A DNA stretch of 64,000 nt, taken from NCBI GenBank assembly GCA_047602425.1, contig JASGHG010000001.1, positions 2,592,001 to 2,656,000 of the forward strand, read 5' to 3'. Position 1 is the stretch's first letter; each line of letters opens with the position of its first letter. This DNA comes from Nibricoccus sp. (GTDB lineage Bacteria; Verrucomicrobiota; Verrucomicrobiia; Opitutales; Opitutaceae). Below are positions 17,553-27,348 of this stretch, one piece after another. The position numbers were made by a program, and so were the translations under genes. The notes under the pieces are model-generated. The model searched no databases, had not been told where the DNA came from, and saw only the letters and a list, made by a program, of their open reading frames with translations.

Positions 17553-18446
17553 TCAGGTCGTCAGTGGAAGCAGCTCGTCGAGGGGGCGCGCCTGGGCGGC
17601 GAGTTCGGACTGCATCTGCTTGATGTGTGAATCGTAGGTTGGCGGTGGATTCGGGTTGCGGTAGAAGACGCCGGTATAGAGTTCGGTGCTGTAGGCGGAG
17701 GCGAGGTCCATGGCGCGCAAGCGGTCGCTCGGATCGTGGCCGAGGTCGGCGAGTTTCTTCATGCGCGCTTTTTGCGCCTTCATCTGATTCTCGACGTCGC
17801 CGTAGGTCACGCAGGGCGATTGGATGTTCACAAAAGAGAAACCCGGATAACGGATGGCTTCTTCGATCAACTTAGTGAGTTGATCCATTTCCGAAGGAAT
17901 TCCCTGGGCGACGAACCCGGCGCCGTAGGCAAGGACGTAGAGGAGCGGGTTGACCGGCTCTTCGATGCTACCGTAGACGGAGGAGGAGGTTTTGGCGCCG
18001 CGTGGCGAGGTGGGCGAGAGCTGGCCTTTGGTAAGGCCGTAAATCTGGTTGTCCATCACGATGTACGTGAGATCGAGATTGCGACGAATGGCATGCGGGA
18101 CATGGCCGCCGCCGATGGAGAAACCATCGCCGTCGCCACCGGCGCAGAGGACGAGGAGCTCGGGGTTGGCCATCTTGATGCCTTGGGCAATCGGGAGGGC
18201 GCGGCCGTGAACGGTGTTGAAACCGTAGGCGGTCGTGTAGCCGGGGATGCGACTGGAACAGCCGATGCCGGAGATGAACGCGATTTCGTGCGGCGGGCGA
18301 CCGATGTTGGCCAAGGCGCGATAGAGGGCGGTGACGACGCCGTAGTCGCCGCACCCGGGGCACCAGATGGGTTTGAGCGAACTTTTGAAATCCTTGGCAG
18401 TGTAAACTTCGGGTTCGGGCGGCGGCGTGCAGGAGCAGTTGCTCAT
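17553..18446 (-). CDS. korB: 2-oxoacid:ferredoxin oxidoreductase beta subunit
   Basis: WCPGCGD, SGIGCSS, HGR, TPP motif GDGD...DNQIYGLTKGQ, SPCVT. Confidence 0.93.
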   Translation of the reverse strand: MSNCSCTPPPEPEVYTAKDFKSSLKPIWCPGCGDYGVVTALYRALANIGRPPHEIAFISGIGCSSRIPGYTTAYGFNTVHGRALPIAQGIKMANPELLVLCAGGDGDGFSIGGGHVPHAIRRNLDLTYIVMDNQIYGLTKGQLSPTSPRGAKTSSSVYGSIEEPVNPLLYVLAYGAGFVAQGIPSEMDQLTKLIEEAIRYPGFSFVNIQSPCVTYGDVENQMKAQKARMKKLADLGHDPSDRLRAMDLASAYSTELYTGVFYRNPNPPPTYDSHIKQMQSELAAQARPLDELLPLTT

Positions 18447-18502
18447 TTTTCGAAAAGTTAAGGTGGAAGTTTAAGTTGAAGCCTGTTGGCGGTGGTGGGG
18501 CG

Positions 18503-20254
18503 TTAGGCTTTCGCGAGGGCCTGGATTTTTTCGACCAGGTCTTCGGGGGCGATCGGGTTGGCGCCGCTTTTGGCGTGAGCGGTGAAATTTTTCGGCACGT
18601 TGATCCACATGCGGATGATTTTGTGGAGCTGGCCCTGGTGCGATTGCTCGACGACGAGGCAATGGTTGAGCGAGGCGAAAAAGTCCTGGTAGATTTCCTC
18701 GACGACGGGGTAGAGCAGCTTGGGGACGAGGACCTTGACCTTGAGGCCGGAAGCGCGGGCTTTGCGTACGGCTTCCAAGGCGATGCCGGCGACGCTGCCC
18801 CAGGCGATGAGACCGATTTTTGCATCGGCGTCGCCTTCAAGGAGGAAGAGGTCGCGGCGCTTCTTGAGCGGATCGAGCTTGTTGAGCCGCTTGTCGTTCA
18901 TCTTCGCATGCATTTCGCCATTGGAGGTGGGCGAGCCCTTTTCGTTGTGTTCGATGCCGGCGGCGAGATAGGCGCCGCCCTTCATGCCGGGGTGGCTGAG
19001 TGGGCTGATGCCGGTGTCGGTGAGCTTGAACCGGGTGTAGTTTTCCAGTTCGGCCTCGGTGGGGCGAAGGCGGTCGATGAGCTTGAATTTAGTGGTGTCG
19101 ACCGGATCGACAATCTCCTTGCGCTGGGCGATTTCCTGGTCGGAGAGCACGATGACGGGCGTCTGGTATTGCTCGGCGATGTTGAAAGCCTCGACGGTGA
19201 CGTCGAAACAGTCGCTCACGCCAACCGGCGCGAGGATCGGGCGGACGTTGTCGCCATGGGCGGAGAAGGCGGCGGCGAACAAGTCGGCCTGCTCGCGTTT
19301 CGTCGGCATGCCGGTGGAAGGGCCGCCGCGCTGGACGTTGACGCACACGAGCGGAAGTTCGGCAACGCTGGCGAGGCCGAGGGCTTCGGTCTTGAGCGAC
19401 AGGCCGGGGCCGGAAGTGGCGGTCATGGATTTCACGCCGGCGAACGAGGCGCCGATGGCGGACGCCACGCCGGCGATTTCGTCCTCGGCCTGAAGGACGG
19501 AGCCGCCGTACTTGAGCAGTTCTTTTTGGAGATACTGCATGATTTCGGTGGCGGGCGTGATCGGATAGCCGCCGAAAAACTTGCAACCGGCAAAAATCGC
19601 GGCGGCGCCGCACATTTCGTTGCCGTCGGTAAGGACTTTGCCCGCGACCTTGCCGCCGGCGGGCGGTGAAAGGCGTTTGTCCTGGGCGAGGGGATTTTTC
19701 TGGGCGTACTCGATGCCGGCGGCGAAAGCGCGATCGTTGGCGGCGAGGACTTCCTCGCCTTTTTTGGCGAACTTTTTGTGGATGCCGTCGAGGATGGCTT
19801 TTTGCGCGAGATTGAACCAGCCCGCGAGCAGGCCGAGCACAACGTTGTTTTTGGCGAGCATCACGCCGGCGGACTTCATGGCCATTTCCTCCATCGGCAC
19901 GGCGAGGGCGATGGCGGGCTTCACCTTCAGCGGCACGGCGTCGGGCGCGACCTTGGTCTTGGCTTCGTAGATAACAATTGTTTCGGGTCCGGTGGGAAGC
20001 TCGCCGCCGAAGCGCAGGAAATCCTCCCAGTTGAGCACGACGGCCACGTCGAGCGTGCCGCCGGGGTTGAGCACGGGTTGCGTGGAGACGCGAAGCCGGC
20101 ACGACGATTCGCCACCGCGGATTTGCGAGCCAAAGCTTTTGGTGAGAATGGCAAAATAACCTTCTTTGGCGGAGGCGTTGATGAGCGATTCGCCGGCGGA
20201 GACGATGCCGTCGCCACCGGAGCCGGCCATACCAATGATCAAGTCGTGCAACAT
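18503..20254 (-). CDS. korA: 2-oxoacid:ferredoxin oxidoreductase alpha subunit (fused gamma domain)
   Basis: AGSGGDG, IRGG, YPITPAT, QAEDEI, TSGPG, QRGGPSTGMPT. Confidence 0.93.
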   Translation of the reverse strand: MLHDLIIGMAGSGGDGIVSAGESLINASAKEGYFAILTKSFGSQIRGGESSCRLRVSTQPVLNPGGTLDVAVVLNWEDFLRFGGELPTGPETIVIYEAKTKVAPDAVPLKVKPAIALAVPMEEMAMKSAGVMLAKNNVVLGLLAGWFNLAQKAILDGIHKKFAKKGEEVLAANDRAFAAGIEYAQKNPLAQDKRLSPPAGGKVAGKVLTDGNEMCGAAAIFAGCKFFGGYPITPATEIMQYLQKELLKYGGSVLQAEDEIAGVASAIGASFAGVKSMTATSGPGLSLKTEALGLASVAELPLVCVNVQRGGPSTGMPTKREQADLFAAAFSAHGDNVRPILAPVGVSDCFDVTVEAFNIAEQYQTPVIVLSDQEIAQRKEIVDPVDTTKFKLIDRLRPTEAELENYTRFKLTDTGISPLSHPGMKGGAYLAAGIEHNEKGSPTSNGEMHAKMNDKRLNKLDPLKKRRDLFLLEGDADAKIGLIAWGSVAGIALEAVRKARASGLKVKVLVPKLLYPVVEEIYQDFFASLNHCLVVEQSHQGQLHKIIRMWINVPKNFTAHAKSGANPIAPEDLVEKIQALAKA

Positions 20255-20332
20255 AAAATTATAGGTTTTGCCCGGGGGGAGCGGGGTGCTTCAAGCAAAA
20301 GCGGCGCTGGGCTGAAGAAAGCTGGGGTTTTT

Positions 20333-20346
20333 TTGAGGGGAATCAA
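20333..20346. promoter_or_regulatory. FNR/Crp-family box upstream of korA
   Basis: TTGAG-GGGA-ATCAA, one mismatch to TTGAT-N4-ATCAA. Confidence 0.55.
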
Positions 20347-20438
20347 GCTGAGTGCTGCCTCACCGGAAGTTTTTACGAAGCTTGAGAAGGTTTTTGACGT
20401 GGCGCGGCTGGCCGCACAGGGTTTCCGGCGTGAGCGAA

Positions 20439-20693
20439 ATGCACCAAACTCTGTTGTTAAATATTCTGCGCTGGCTGGCCCGTCATGCGGGCTTCCCGCA
20501 ATCCCGTTTGCCCGCGCAGGCGGAGCGGCTGCTTTTGCTGACGGTGGCGGCGCAGATCGACGAAGCCATTGAGAAAGCCCGGCCGAGTTACCTGATCCAG
20601 AGCAGCGACCGCGCCATGGAGTCCGCGCAACGCCAGCATGCCGAACGCCGCCGGCGGGTTCACTATAAGTGCGACAACAGCGCGAAGGTTTAA
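20439..20693 (+). CDS. Small hypothetical protein (84 aa)
   Basis: ATG-started ORF with host-like codon usage filling the gap between korA and the DUF4097 gene. Confidence 0.5.
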   Translation: MHQTLLLNILRWLARHAGFPQSRLPAQAERLLLLTVAAQIDEAIEKARPSYLIQSSDRAMESAQRQHAERRRRVHYKCDNSAKV

Positions 20694-20755
20694 GTCCGGG
20701 GTTCCCGACGTTTGTGCGCTTGCCAATTGCGAGTTTCTTTCGGCCTTATAGCCGG

Positions 20756-21703
20756 GTGAATGTCCGTGCAGTTTGCCTCTGTTTGATGGTTTTAACCGGT
20801 CTTGCGATCCCGCTGCCCGCCGCCGTCGAACGCACGGTTGAAAAGAGCTTTTCCGTGGCAACGGGTGCGCTGTTGAAAATAGACACCGTTCAAGGCGCCA
20901 TCCGCATCGAGTTGTCGCCGGACAATCAAATCCACGTGCTGGTACGCGAGGGGATGGAGGTCGACGACGAGGCTGCGGCCGACAAACGCCTGAAAGATCT
21001 GGATCTGCGCCTTGAGCAAGTCGACGGAACGGTTTCGGTAAAGGCGCGTTATCTGCGCGCCGTACGCTGGACGTGGCAAAGCTGGCCACCGGTGACCTTG
21101 TCCTTCGTGGTGAAAGTGCCGCGCGCGTGCAACCTGGACCTCGTGACAACCGAGGGAGACATCACGATTGGCAATCTCGATGGCTCAATTCATGCCCGCA
21201 CCGAGGCCGGCGCGATTTTCACCGGCGAGGTCAAAGGCGCGGTTCAGGCCACCAGCCTGCGGGGCGACATTTCCGTGACGGCGTGCTCTGGCGAACTGAC
21301 GATTACCGCCAAATCAGGCAATGTCACGGTCGGTCGACCGGGCGGCCTGACCAAAATTTCCGGCTCAGGCGGCCTCATCGAAGTGCAAAACGCCCGCGGC
21401 AACCTCCGCGTCGACGCGGATGGCGCGGACATCAAAGTCGGTTTTGCGCATCCCTGCACCGAAAGTGCCGAACTGCGCGCGGCGGGCGGCGATATTGAAG
21501 TGATTTTGGATACACGCAGCATCTGCACGATCCGGGCCAATTCCTCGCGTTTCGGGCAGGTGAAATTGAAGAATTTCCCAGGCGCGATTGAATCAGGCGA
21601 GGCCGGTTCGTCCCATGTCGTTGCCACGCTCAATGGCGGCGGTCCGCTCGTGAAAATCGATGCCAGTGGCGGCAATGTCCGCCTGACGGGCCGCGCACCG
21701 TAA
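20756..21703 (+). CDS. DUF4097-like beta-strand repeat (adhesin-like) exported protein
   Basis: Signal peptide; repeated T..G.I.V units; ends LNGGGPLVKIDASGGNVRL; GTG start inferred. Confidence 0.8.
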   Translation: MNVRAVCLCLMVLTGLAIPLPAAVERTVEKSFSVATGALLKIDTVQGAIRIELSPDNQIHVLVREGMEVDDEAAADKRLKDLDLRLEQVDGTVSVKARYLRAVRWTWQSWPPVTLSFVVKVPRACNLDLVTTEGDITIGNLDGSIHARTEAGAIFTGEVKGAVQATSLRGDISVTACSGELTITAKSGNVTVGRPGGLTKISGSGGLIEVQNARGNLRVDADGADIKVGFAHPCTESAELRAAGGDIEVILDTRSICTIRANSSRFGQVKLKNFPGAIESGEAGSSHVVATLNGGGPLVKIDASGGNVRLTGRAP

Positions 21704-21794
21704 ACGCTGCCGGCTGCGTTGTGGCTCCGGAGAAAGATCGCGATCACGAAGAAAAAATTTGGATAGAGCGTACGTTGCGTCTTTGTTGTTCACG

Positions 21795-23294
21795 ATGACT
21801 ATTGCCGACGCCTTTGCCGAACTCGATGCCAAGCTGAAGCAGATCCACCTGCTAGACACAGTCGCCAGTCTCCTTGGCTGGGACGAACAAGTCAACCTGC
21901 CCCAAGACAGCGCCGATCAGCGCGCCGCGCAACGCGCGGTCATGGCCGACGTGCAACATGTCGCCGCCACGGCGCCGCGCATCGGGGAATTGCTGGCCCT
22001 GTTGGAAAACGCCCGCGATACGCTGACCGATGACCAACGCGTGGTGCTGCATTGGGCGCGTCGCGATTACGACAAGGCGACCAAGTTGCCTGCCGAGTTT
22101 GTCCGGGAAAAAGCGGAGCAGGGCAGCCGCGGTTATCAGGCGTGGAGAAATGCCCGCGAGAAAAACGATTTCGCCAGCTATGCGCCGGTGCTCGCGAAAA
22201 ATATCGAACTGGCGAAACGCGAGGCCGCATACCTTGGCCAGGGTGACGCGCCCTACGACTATATGATCGATTGTTTCGATCCCGGCATGACAGCGGCGGC
22301 GATCGAGAAGCTTTTCGACGAATTGAAGGCTGGTCTTGTGCCATTGGTTCGGGAAATCACGTCGTCAAAAATCAAAGCCAACGAAGAAGCGCTGCGGGGT
22401 TTCCCGGTTGAACGGCAGCAGACATTTCTGCGCGAAGTCACGGAGCGCATCGGCTTCGATTACGCGCGCGGCCGCATCGACGTTTCGCCGCATCCGTTTT
22501 GTTCGGGCAGCGGCGCGGACATCCGCATGACGACCCGTTATCACACCGACAATCCGCTCGGGTCACTTTTCGGTTCCATTCACGAAACCGGCCACGGTTT
22601 GTACGAGCAGGGTTTGCCGATCGAACAGCACCACACCGCACTCGGTCGTGCCGTTGGCATGGGCGTGCATGAATCGCAAAGCCGTCTTTGGGAAAACCAA
22701 GTCGCGCGCAGCCGCGGTTTTTGGAAGTTTTTCGAACCGAAGTATCGCGCGGCATTTCCCGAACAGTTGAAACCGGTTTCCTCGGATGAGTTGTACCTTG
22801 CCATCAACGCGGTCGCGCCGACGCTGATCCGCACCGAATCCGACGAAGTCACCTACAATCTGCACATCGTGCTGCGCTTCGAATTGGAGAAAAAACTTTT
22901 CGCCGGAACGCTGGCGGTGGCGGATCTTCCGCGAGCATGGAATGCGCTCAGTCGCGAATTGCTTGGACTGGAGCCGTCGAATGACAGCGAAGGCGTGCTG
23001 CAGGACGTGCATTGGAGCGACGGCGGTTTTGGGTACTTCCCGAGTTATTGCATCGGCAACATGATGGCGGCGCAGCTTTGGTATCACCTCTTGAAACTGC
23101 GCCCGCAGCTGGAGGCGGACTTCGCGCGTGGAGATTTCATCTGGTTGTTGAAATGGCTCCGCGAGAACATTCACGCGCAAGGGCGCCGCTTTGACACGCT
23201 GGCGCTGGTGAAGCGCGCCACCGGCGAACCGCTTTCGCCGCAGTATCTCCTCAGATATCTGAAGGAGCGCTACGGGCCGCTGTATCTGGGGTGA
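21795..23294 (+). CDS. Carboxypeptidase, family M32 (Taq type)
   Basis: HPF, DIRMTTRY, HETGH, HESQ, IRTESDEVTYNLH, QDVHW, GYFPSY. Confidence 0.95.
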   Translation: MTIADAFAELDAKLKQIHLLDTVASLLGWDEQVNLPQDSADQRAAQRAVMADVQHVAATAPRIGELLALLENARDTLTDDQRVVLHWARRDYDKATKLPAEFVREKAEQGSRGYQAWRNAREKNDFASYAPVLAKNIELAKREAAYLGQGDAPYDYMIDCFDPGMTAAAIEKLFDELKAGLVPLVREITSSKIKANEEALRGFPVERQQTFLREVTERIGFDYARGRIDVSPHPFCSGSGADIRMTTRYHTDNPLGSLFGSIHETGHGLYEQGLPIEQHHTALGRAVGMGVHESQSRLWENQVARSRGFWKFFEPKYRAAFPEQLKPVSSDELYLAINAVAPTLIRTESDEVTYNLHIVLRFELEKKLFAGTLAVADLPRAWNALSRELLGLEPSNDSEGVLQDVHWSDGGFGYFPSYCIGNMMAAQLWYHLLKLRPQLEADFARGDFIWLLKWLRENIHAQGRRFDTLALVKRATGEPLSPQYLLRYLKERYGPLYLG

Positions 23295-23372
23295 AATCCC
23301 AAAAACCAAACGGACAAATTCCAAATAATTGCTGATATTTTTGTTATTTGGAGTTTTGGTATTTGGGATTTT
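23294..23372. repeat. Heptamer tandem-repeat palindromic element, family 1
   Basis: AAATCCC AAAAACC AAACGGA CAAATTC CAAATAA ... TTATTTG GAGTTTT GGTATTT GGGATTT. Confidence 0.8.
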
Positions 23373-23374
23373 CC

Positions 23375-24178
23375 ATGACTCTGATCGACACTCACACCCA
23401 CCTCGAACCGTTCATGCGCAAGGGCCAGTTGGACGGCGTGCTGGAACGCGCGCGCAATGCAGGGCTGGAAGCAATGATCGCGGTGGGCACGTCGCCGGAA
23501 GACTGGACGATTTACCGCGATCTCGCGAAGAAGCATTCGGGTTTCGTCCATTACAGCGTGGGTCTGCATCCCTGTTATGTGGATGAACGCTGGTCGAAGG
23601 CGGTGGCGCAGATCGAGAGTTTTTGGAGCGAAGGGGCGGCGGTTTTACCGGTGGCGCTTGGTGAGGTGGGGCTGGATCGTTTTCATTTGCCGAAAAAGGA
23701 CCTCGCAGCGGCAGATCGGATCTTTCGCTGGCAGCGCAGCGCCTTCGCGGCGCAATTGGAAATTTTCAAGCACCTTAAATGTCCGATGATCATTCATGCC
23801 CGCGATGCCTTCAAGGAGTGCGTCGAGATGATCGACGCCAGCGGTGTGGATTGGAGTCGCGTGGTTTTTCACTGCTTCGGCGACGACGCCCCGCAGGTGG
23901 AGGAATTGAAACGCCGGGGCGGATATGCGTCTTTCACGGGAATCCTAACCTATCCCAAGGCGGAAAACGTCCGCGCTGCGGCGAAGGCCCAGGGCTTGGA
24001 GCGGTTGATGGTGGAAACGGACGCGCCTTATCTCACGCCTGATCCGCACCGCGGAAAACAGAACGAGCCGGCCTTTGTGAAACACACGGCTGAATGTGCC
24101 GCGAAAATGTTTGGTGTGCCCTTCGAGGAAGTGGCTCGGGTGACGACGGCCAATGCGAAACGGTTCTTTTCGCTTTGA
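23375..24178 (+). CDS. tatD: TatD-family hydrolase/DNase
   Basis: DTHTH, GLHP, GEVGLD, IIHAR, HCF, ETDAPYL, NEPA. Confidence 0.94.
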   Translation: MTLIDTHTHLEPFMRKGQLDGVLERARNAGLEAMIAVGTSPEDWTIYRDLAKKHSGFVHYSVGLHPCYVDERWSKAVAQIESFWSEGAAVLPVALGEVGLDRFHLPKKDLAAADRIFRWQRSAFAAQLEIFKHLKCPMIIHARDAFKECVEMIDASGVDWSRVVFHCFGDDAPQVEELKRRGGYASFTGILTYPKAENVRAAAKAQGLERLMVETDAPYLTPDPHRGKQNEPAFVKHTAECAAKMFGVPFEEVARVTTANAKRFFSL

Positions 24179-24180
24179 GG

Positions 24181-25992
24181 TTATTTCTTACCGCGCGATT
24201 TTAACGGTCGGCCGATCAACCAAGCGATCGTGACTGAAGCAAGCATCCACGGTGCAGTCGCGCCGCCACCGCCTTTGGTTGGCGCGGGCGGCAGTGAGCC
24301 TGACGAACTGGAAGATGACGAGGAGCTGCTGCTCGAACTGGAGGACGACGAAGAGCTCGAACTGCTGGAGCTGGAGGACGAGGACGAACTCGACGAAGAA
24401 GAGCTGGAGGAACTGGCGAGCGTGGAGACGTTGATGGGCGCAGTCTTGGCGGAGACGTTGTTGGCGGCGTCATAGGCGTTGACGGAATACGTGTAGGAGG
24501 TGCCGGCGGTGAGATTGGTGTCGGAGTAAGTCGTTCCAGGAATGGTAGCGATCGCGGCGGTGCTATTGTTGCGATAGATGCCATAGCCCGTGACGCCGAC
24601 GTTGTCGGTCGAGGCCGTCCAACTGAGATTGATGCGGGAACTGGAGGCGGCTGTACCTGTGAGGTTGGTCGGCACGGTAGGCGGCGTGGTGTCGGTGGTG
24701 ACGTTGCCACGCAGCGGATGCGGATAGGTGTACGGCGTATAGTTGAGCATCCAGGCGCTGCCGTTCCATACGTAGAGCACGCCGTCGGAGCCGAGTGTAT
24801 TCAGATTCCAATTCCCCTGGTCGGTGACCCAGAAGGCGACGTTGGTCTTGGTTGGAGCGGTCGCGTTCATTTGCGCCGTCGTGCCAATGCCGACTCCGGC
24901 GGAACCATTGAACGAGGAAACTTCGTTGTAATAGTCGCGGTTGGCGTTGAGCACGCCGGTCATGTCGGTGCCATAGGAAAGCGAGGGAATCCAGTTGGAC
25001 GAGCCTTGCCGATTGCCCCAGAGGTACATCGGTTCGGAGGCGCCAATCTTCGGGTCTTTGCCTACGCCGATTTGATCGTCAATCGGGTAGTTGGCCGCGG
25101 TGAGCCCGCCGTTGACCACGTAATATTCGTTGAGGATCAGCCAGACGGCCGAGGTGTTGGAGGCGAAGTTGTTGAAGACGCGTCCGGTGCCGCCGCGCAG
25201 TTCCATCGCCGCCCAGTAACCGTCGCCGGTCCACGTGTTGTTGTAGATCTCCATGTGGCGGACGCCGCGGGGCGGAGTGTTCGAATATTTGCCGTGGCCA
25301 TCGACTTTCATCGCGCCGGTGATCGTGCAAAATCGGACAACACAACGGCTGTTGCTGTTGCAGTCGGTCACGTAGCCTGAGCCGCCGAAAGTGCAGTCTT
25401 CGATAAAAAAGTTACTGGCGCCGCCCATGGTGCTGTCGGTCTGCCAGGAATCGGAGGGGCCGCGGAGGAAAATGAGTTCGTTTTCGCCCGAACCACCTGT
25501 TATCGAGCAGTTGTCGACGAGCCCGTACGAGCCTGCATAAATGAAGTAGCCATTGATACTGGTTGTGCGGCCCTGGTACTTGATGTCGGTGATGCGAAAG
25601 CCGTTGGCTGAGGCGGAAAATGCCGTGCCGCTTCCAACGGACGTGGGCGTGCGAATGGTGAAACTTTTGAGCGTAGCCGCGGCGGAAATGGAAACAACGC
25701 CCGTGGTCCAGGAACCGGCGGTGGAAGAAATGTCGATGATGGTTTGATCCTGACCGGCACCGGCAAGAGTGATGGCTTTGTTGACGGAGAGGGAACTACC
25801 GTTTGCACCCCAAGTGGCAGTGCCGGCGGGGATGTTGACCGTTTCACCGACGACGGCGGTATTGATCGCGGCCTGAACATCGGCTTGCGAGGCTGAGGCG
25901 GCGGTGACGGCCGCATGGGCCGACGAGGAGGCGGAAATAACAAGTGCGCCAAGGACGCTGCGTCCTCCAAAAATCAGGGGTGCGATTTTCAT
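24181..25992 (-). CDS. Secreted protein: putative beta-helix domain, FN3 domain, 38-Ser linker, GlyGly-CTERM-like tail
   Basis: Signal peptide; Asn/Cys-ladder-like repeats (IEDCTF, VRFCTI, IYNNTW); [11 protein letters not shown]...[15 protein letters not shown]3; poly-Ser; GGGGATAPW + TM + basic end. Confidence 0.85.
   Translation of the reverse strand: MKIAPLIFGGRSVLGALVISASSSAHAAVTAASASQADVQAAINTAVVGETVNIPAGTATWGANGSSLSVNKAITLAGAGQDQTIIDISSTAGSWTTGVVSISAAATLKSFTIRTPTSVGSGTAFSASANGFRITDIKYQGRTTSINGYFIYAGSYGLVDNCSITGGSGENELIFLRGPSDSWQTDSTMGGASNFFIEDCTFGGSGYVTDCNSNSRCVVRFCTITGAMKVDGHGKYSNTPPRGVRHMEIYNNTWTGDGYWAAMELRGGTGRVFNNFASNTSAVWLILNEYYVVNGGLTAANYPIDDQIGVGKDPKIGASEPMYLWGNRQGSSNWIPSLSYGTDMTGVLNANRDYYNEVSSFNGSAGVGIGTTAQMNATAPTKTNVAFWVTDQGNWNLNTLGSDGVLYVWNGSAWMLNYTPYTYPHPLRGNVTTDTTPPTVPTNLTGTAASSSRINLSWTASTDNVGVTGYGIYRNNSTAAIATIPGTTYSDTNLTAGTSYTYSVNAYDAANNVSAKTAPINVSTLASSSSSSSSSSSSSSSSSSSSSSSSSSSSSSSSSSSSSSGSLPPAPTKGGGGATAPWMLASVTIAWLIGRPLKSRGKK
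24301..24414 (-). repeat. Poly-serine tract (38 codons, mixed synonymous codons)
   Basis: 114 nt of TCN/AGY codons on the minus strand. Confidence 0.9.
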
Positions 25993-26154
25993 TGTGCCAA
26001 TGAGATTGATAGGGCCAGCGTCGGGATTGCGCTGTGCGTATCAAATCATTTTGGACGGAAGACGATGTTTCACAGCTTTTTAGGAGTATCTGACTTAGCT
26101 CAATCAACGCCTCGCAATCGAACTGCGATTCGTCCAATACATTGGGCCACTTAT

Positions 26155-27345
26155 ATGTTCACTCCCGGAATCATCGGAACTCCTAACACAGCCAATGCGA
26201 CGCGCGTTCTCATGCTCGGCTCGGGCGAACTTGGCAAGGAGGTCGTGATCGAGCTTCAGCGTCTTGGCTGTGAAGTGATCGCGTGCGATCGTTATCAAGG
26301 GGCGCCAGCAATGCAGGTGGCGCACCGCAGTCATGTTTTCCCGATGTTGGATGGTATCGCTTTGCGGCGGGTGATCGCGCGCGAGAAACCGGATCTGGTG
26401 GTGCCGGAAATCGAGGCGATCGCGACCGACGTGTTGGTGGAACTCGAGCAGGCCGGGCAACGTGTGGTGCCGACGGCGCGCGCGGCCAAGCTCACGATGA
26501 ATCGCGAGGGCATCCGCCGGCTCGCGGCGGAGGAATTGAAGCTGCCGACTTCGCCATATCGCTTCGTAGCGACCGAGGATGAGGCGCTGGCTGCTGGTTC
26601 GGCGTTGGGTTTTCCTTGCGTGTTGAAACCGCTCATGTCGTCGAGCGGACACGGCCAGAGTGTGGTAAAAACGCCTGCCGACATGGCGAAGGCCTGGAAG
26701 TACGCACAGGAAGGCGCGCGCGCCGGAGCCGGACGCTGCATCGTCGAGGGCTTTATCAAATTCGACTACGAGATCACGGTGCTGACGGTGTCGGCCTCGA
26801 ACGGCATCCAATGTTGCCCACCCGTCGGACATATCCAAATCGACGGCGATTATCGCGAGAGCTGGCAGCCTTGCCCGATGGCGGAAAAGGCCTGGGCGGA
26901 GGCGCAGCGCATTGCAAAAACCGTGGTGGGCGCGCTCGGCGGTTGGGGGATTTTTGGCGTCGAGTGTTTTGTGCGAGGCGAGGAAGTGATTTTTAGCGAA
27001 GTGAGTCCGCGGCCGCACGACACGGGGCTTGTGACAATCGGGAGCCAGCAGTGGTCGGAATTCGCGCTGCATGCGCGGGCGATCCTCGGGCTACCGGTGC
27101 CGCCGATCAAACTGCTGCGGCCAGCGTTCAGCGTGGCGCTGCTCGGACACGGCGACGGGACGCCAACGTTTTCAGGAGTGAGCGAGGCGCTCGCCGTGCC
27201 GGAAACGCATGTGCGTTTGTTCGGCAAACCGGAATGCCGCGGTCATCGCCGTCTGGCGGTCGTGGTGGCCTGTGGCGATTCGATCGAAGAGGCGCGCGAG
27301 CGGGCTCGCCAATCCGCCGCGGCGATCAAGATCACGCTGACGTGA
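26155..27345 (+). CDS. purT: Formate-dependent phosphoribosylglycinamide formyltransferase
   Basis: [54 protein letters not shown]. Confidence 0.97.
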   Translation: MFTPGIIGTPNTANATRVLMLGSGELGKEVVIELQRLGCEVIACDRYQGAPAMQVAHRSHVFPMLDGIALRRVIAREKPDLVVPEIEAIATDVLVELEQAGQRVVPTARAAKLTMNREGIRRLAAEELKLPTSPYRFVATEDEALAAGSALGFPCVLKPLMSSSGHGQSVVKTPADMAKAWKYAQEGARAGAGRCIVEGFIKFDYEITVLTVSASNGIQCCPPVGHIQIDGDYRESWQPCPMAEKAWAEAQRIAKTVVGALGGWGIFGVECFVRGEEVIFSEVSPRPHDTGLVTIGSQQWSEFALHARAILGLPVPPIKLLRPAFSVALLGHGDGTPTFSGVSEALAVPETHVRLFGKPECRGHRRLAVVVACGDSIEEARERARQSAAAIKITLT

Positions 27346-27348
27346 TTT

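Noticed and set aside
24230..24475. Acidic E/D/L-rich plus-strand ORF
   Set aside because: Antisense reading of the poly-Ser tract
25985..26000. TTGGCAC on the minus strand at the beta-helix gene start; also TGGCACG at 61523 and 63580
   Set aside because: No GC at the -12 position with correct spacing
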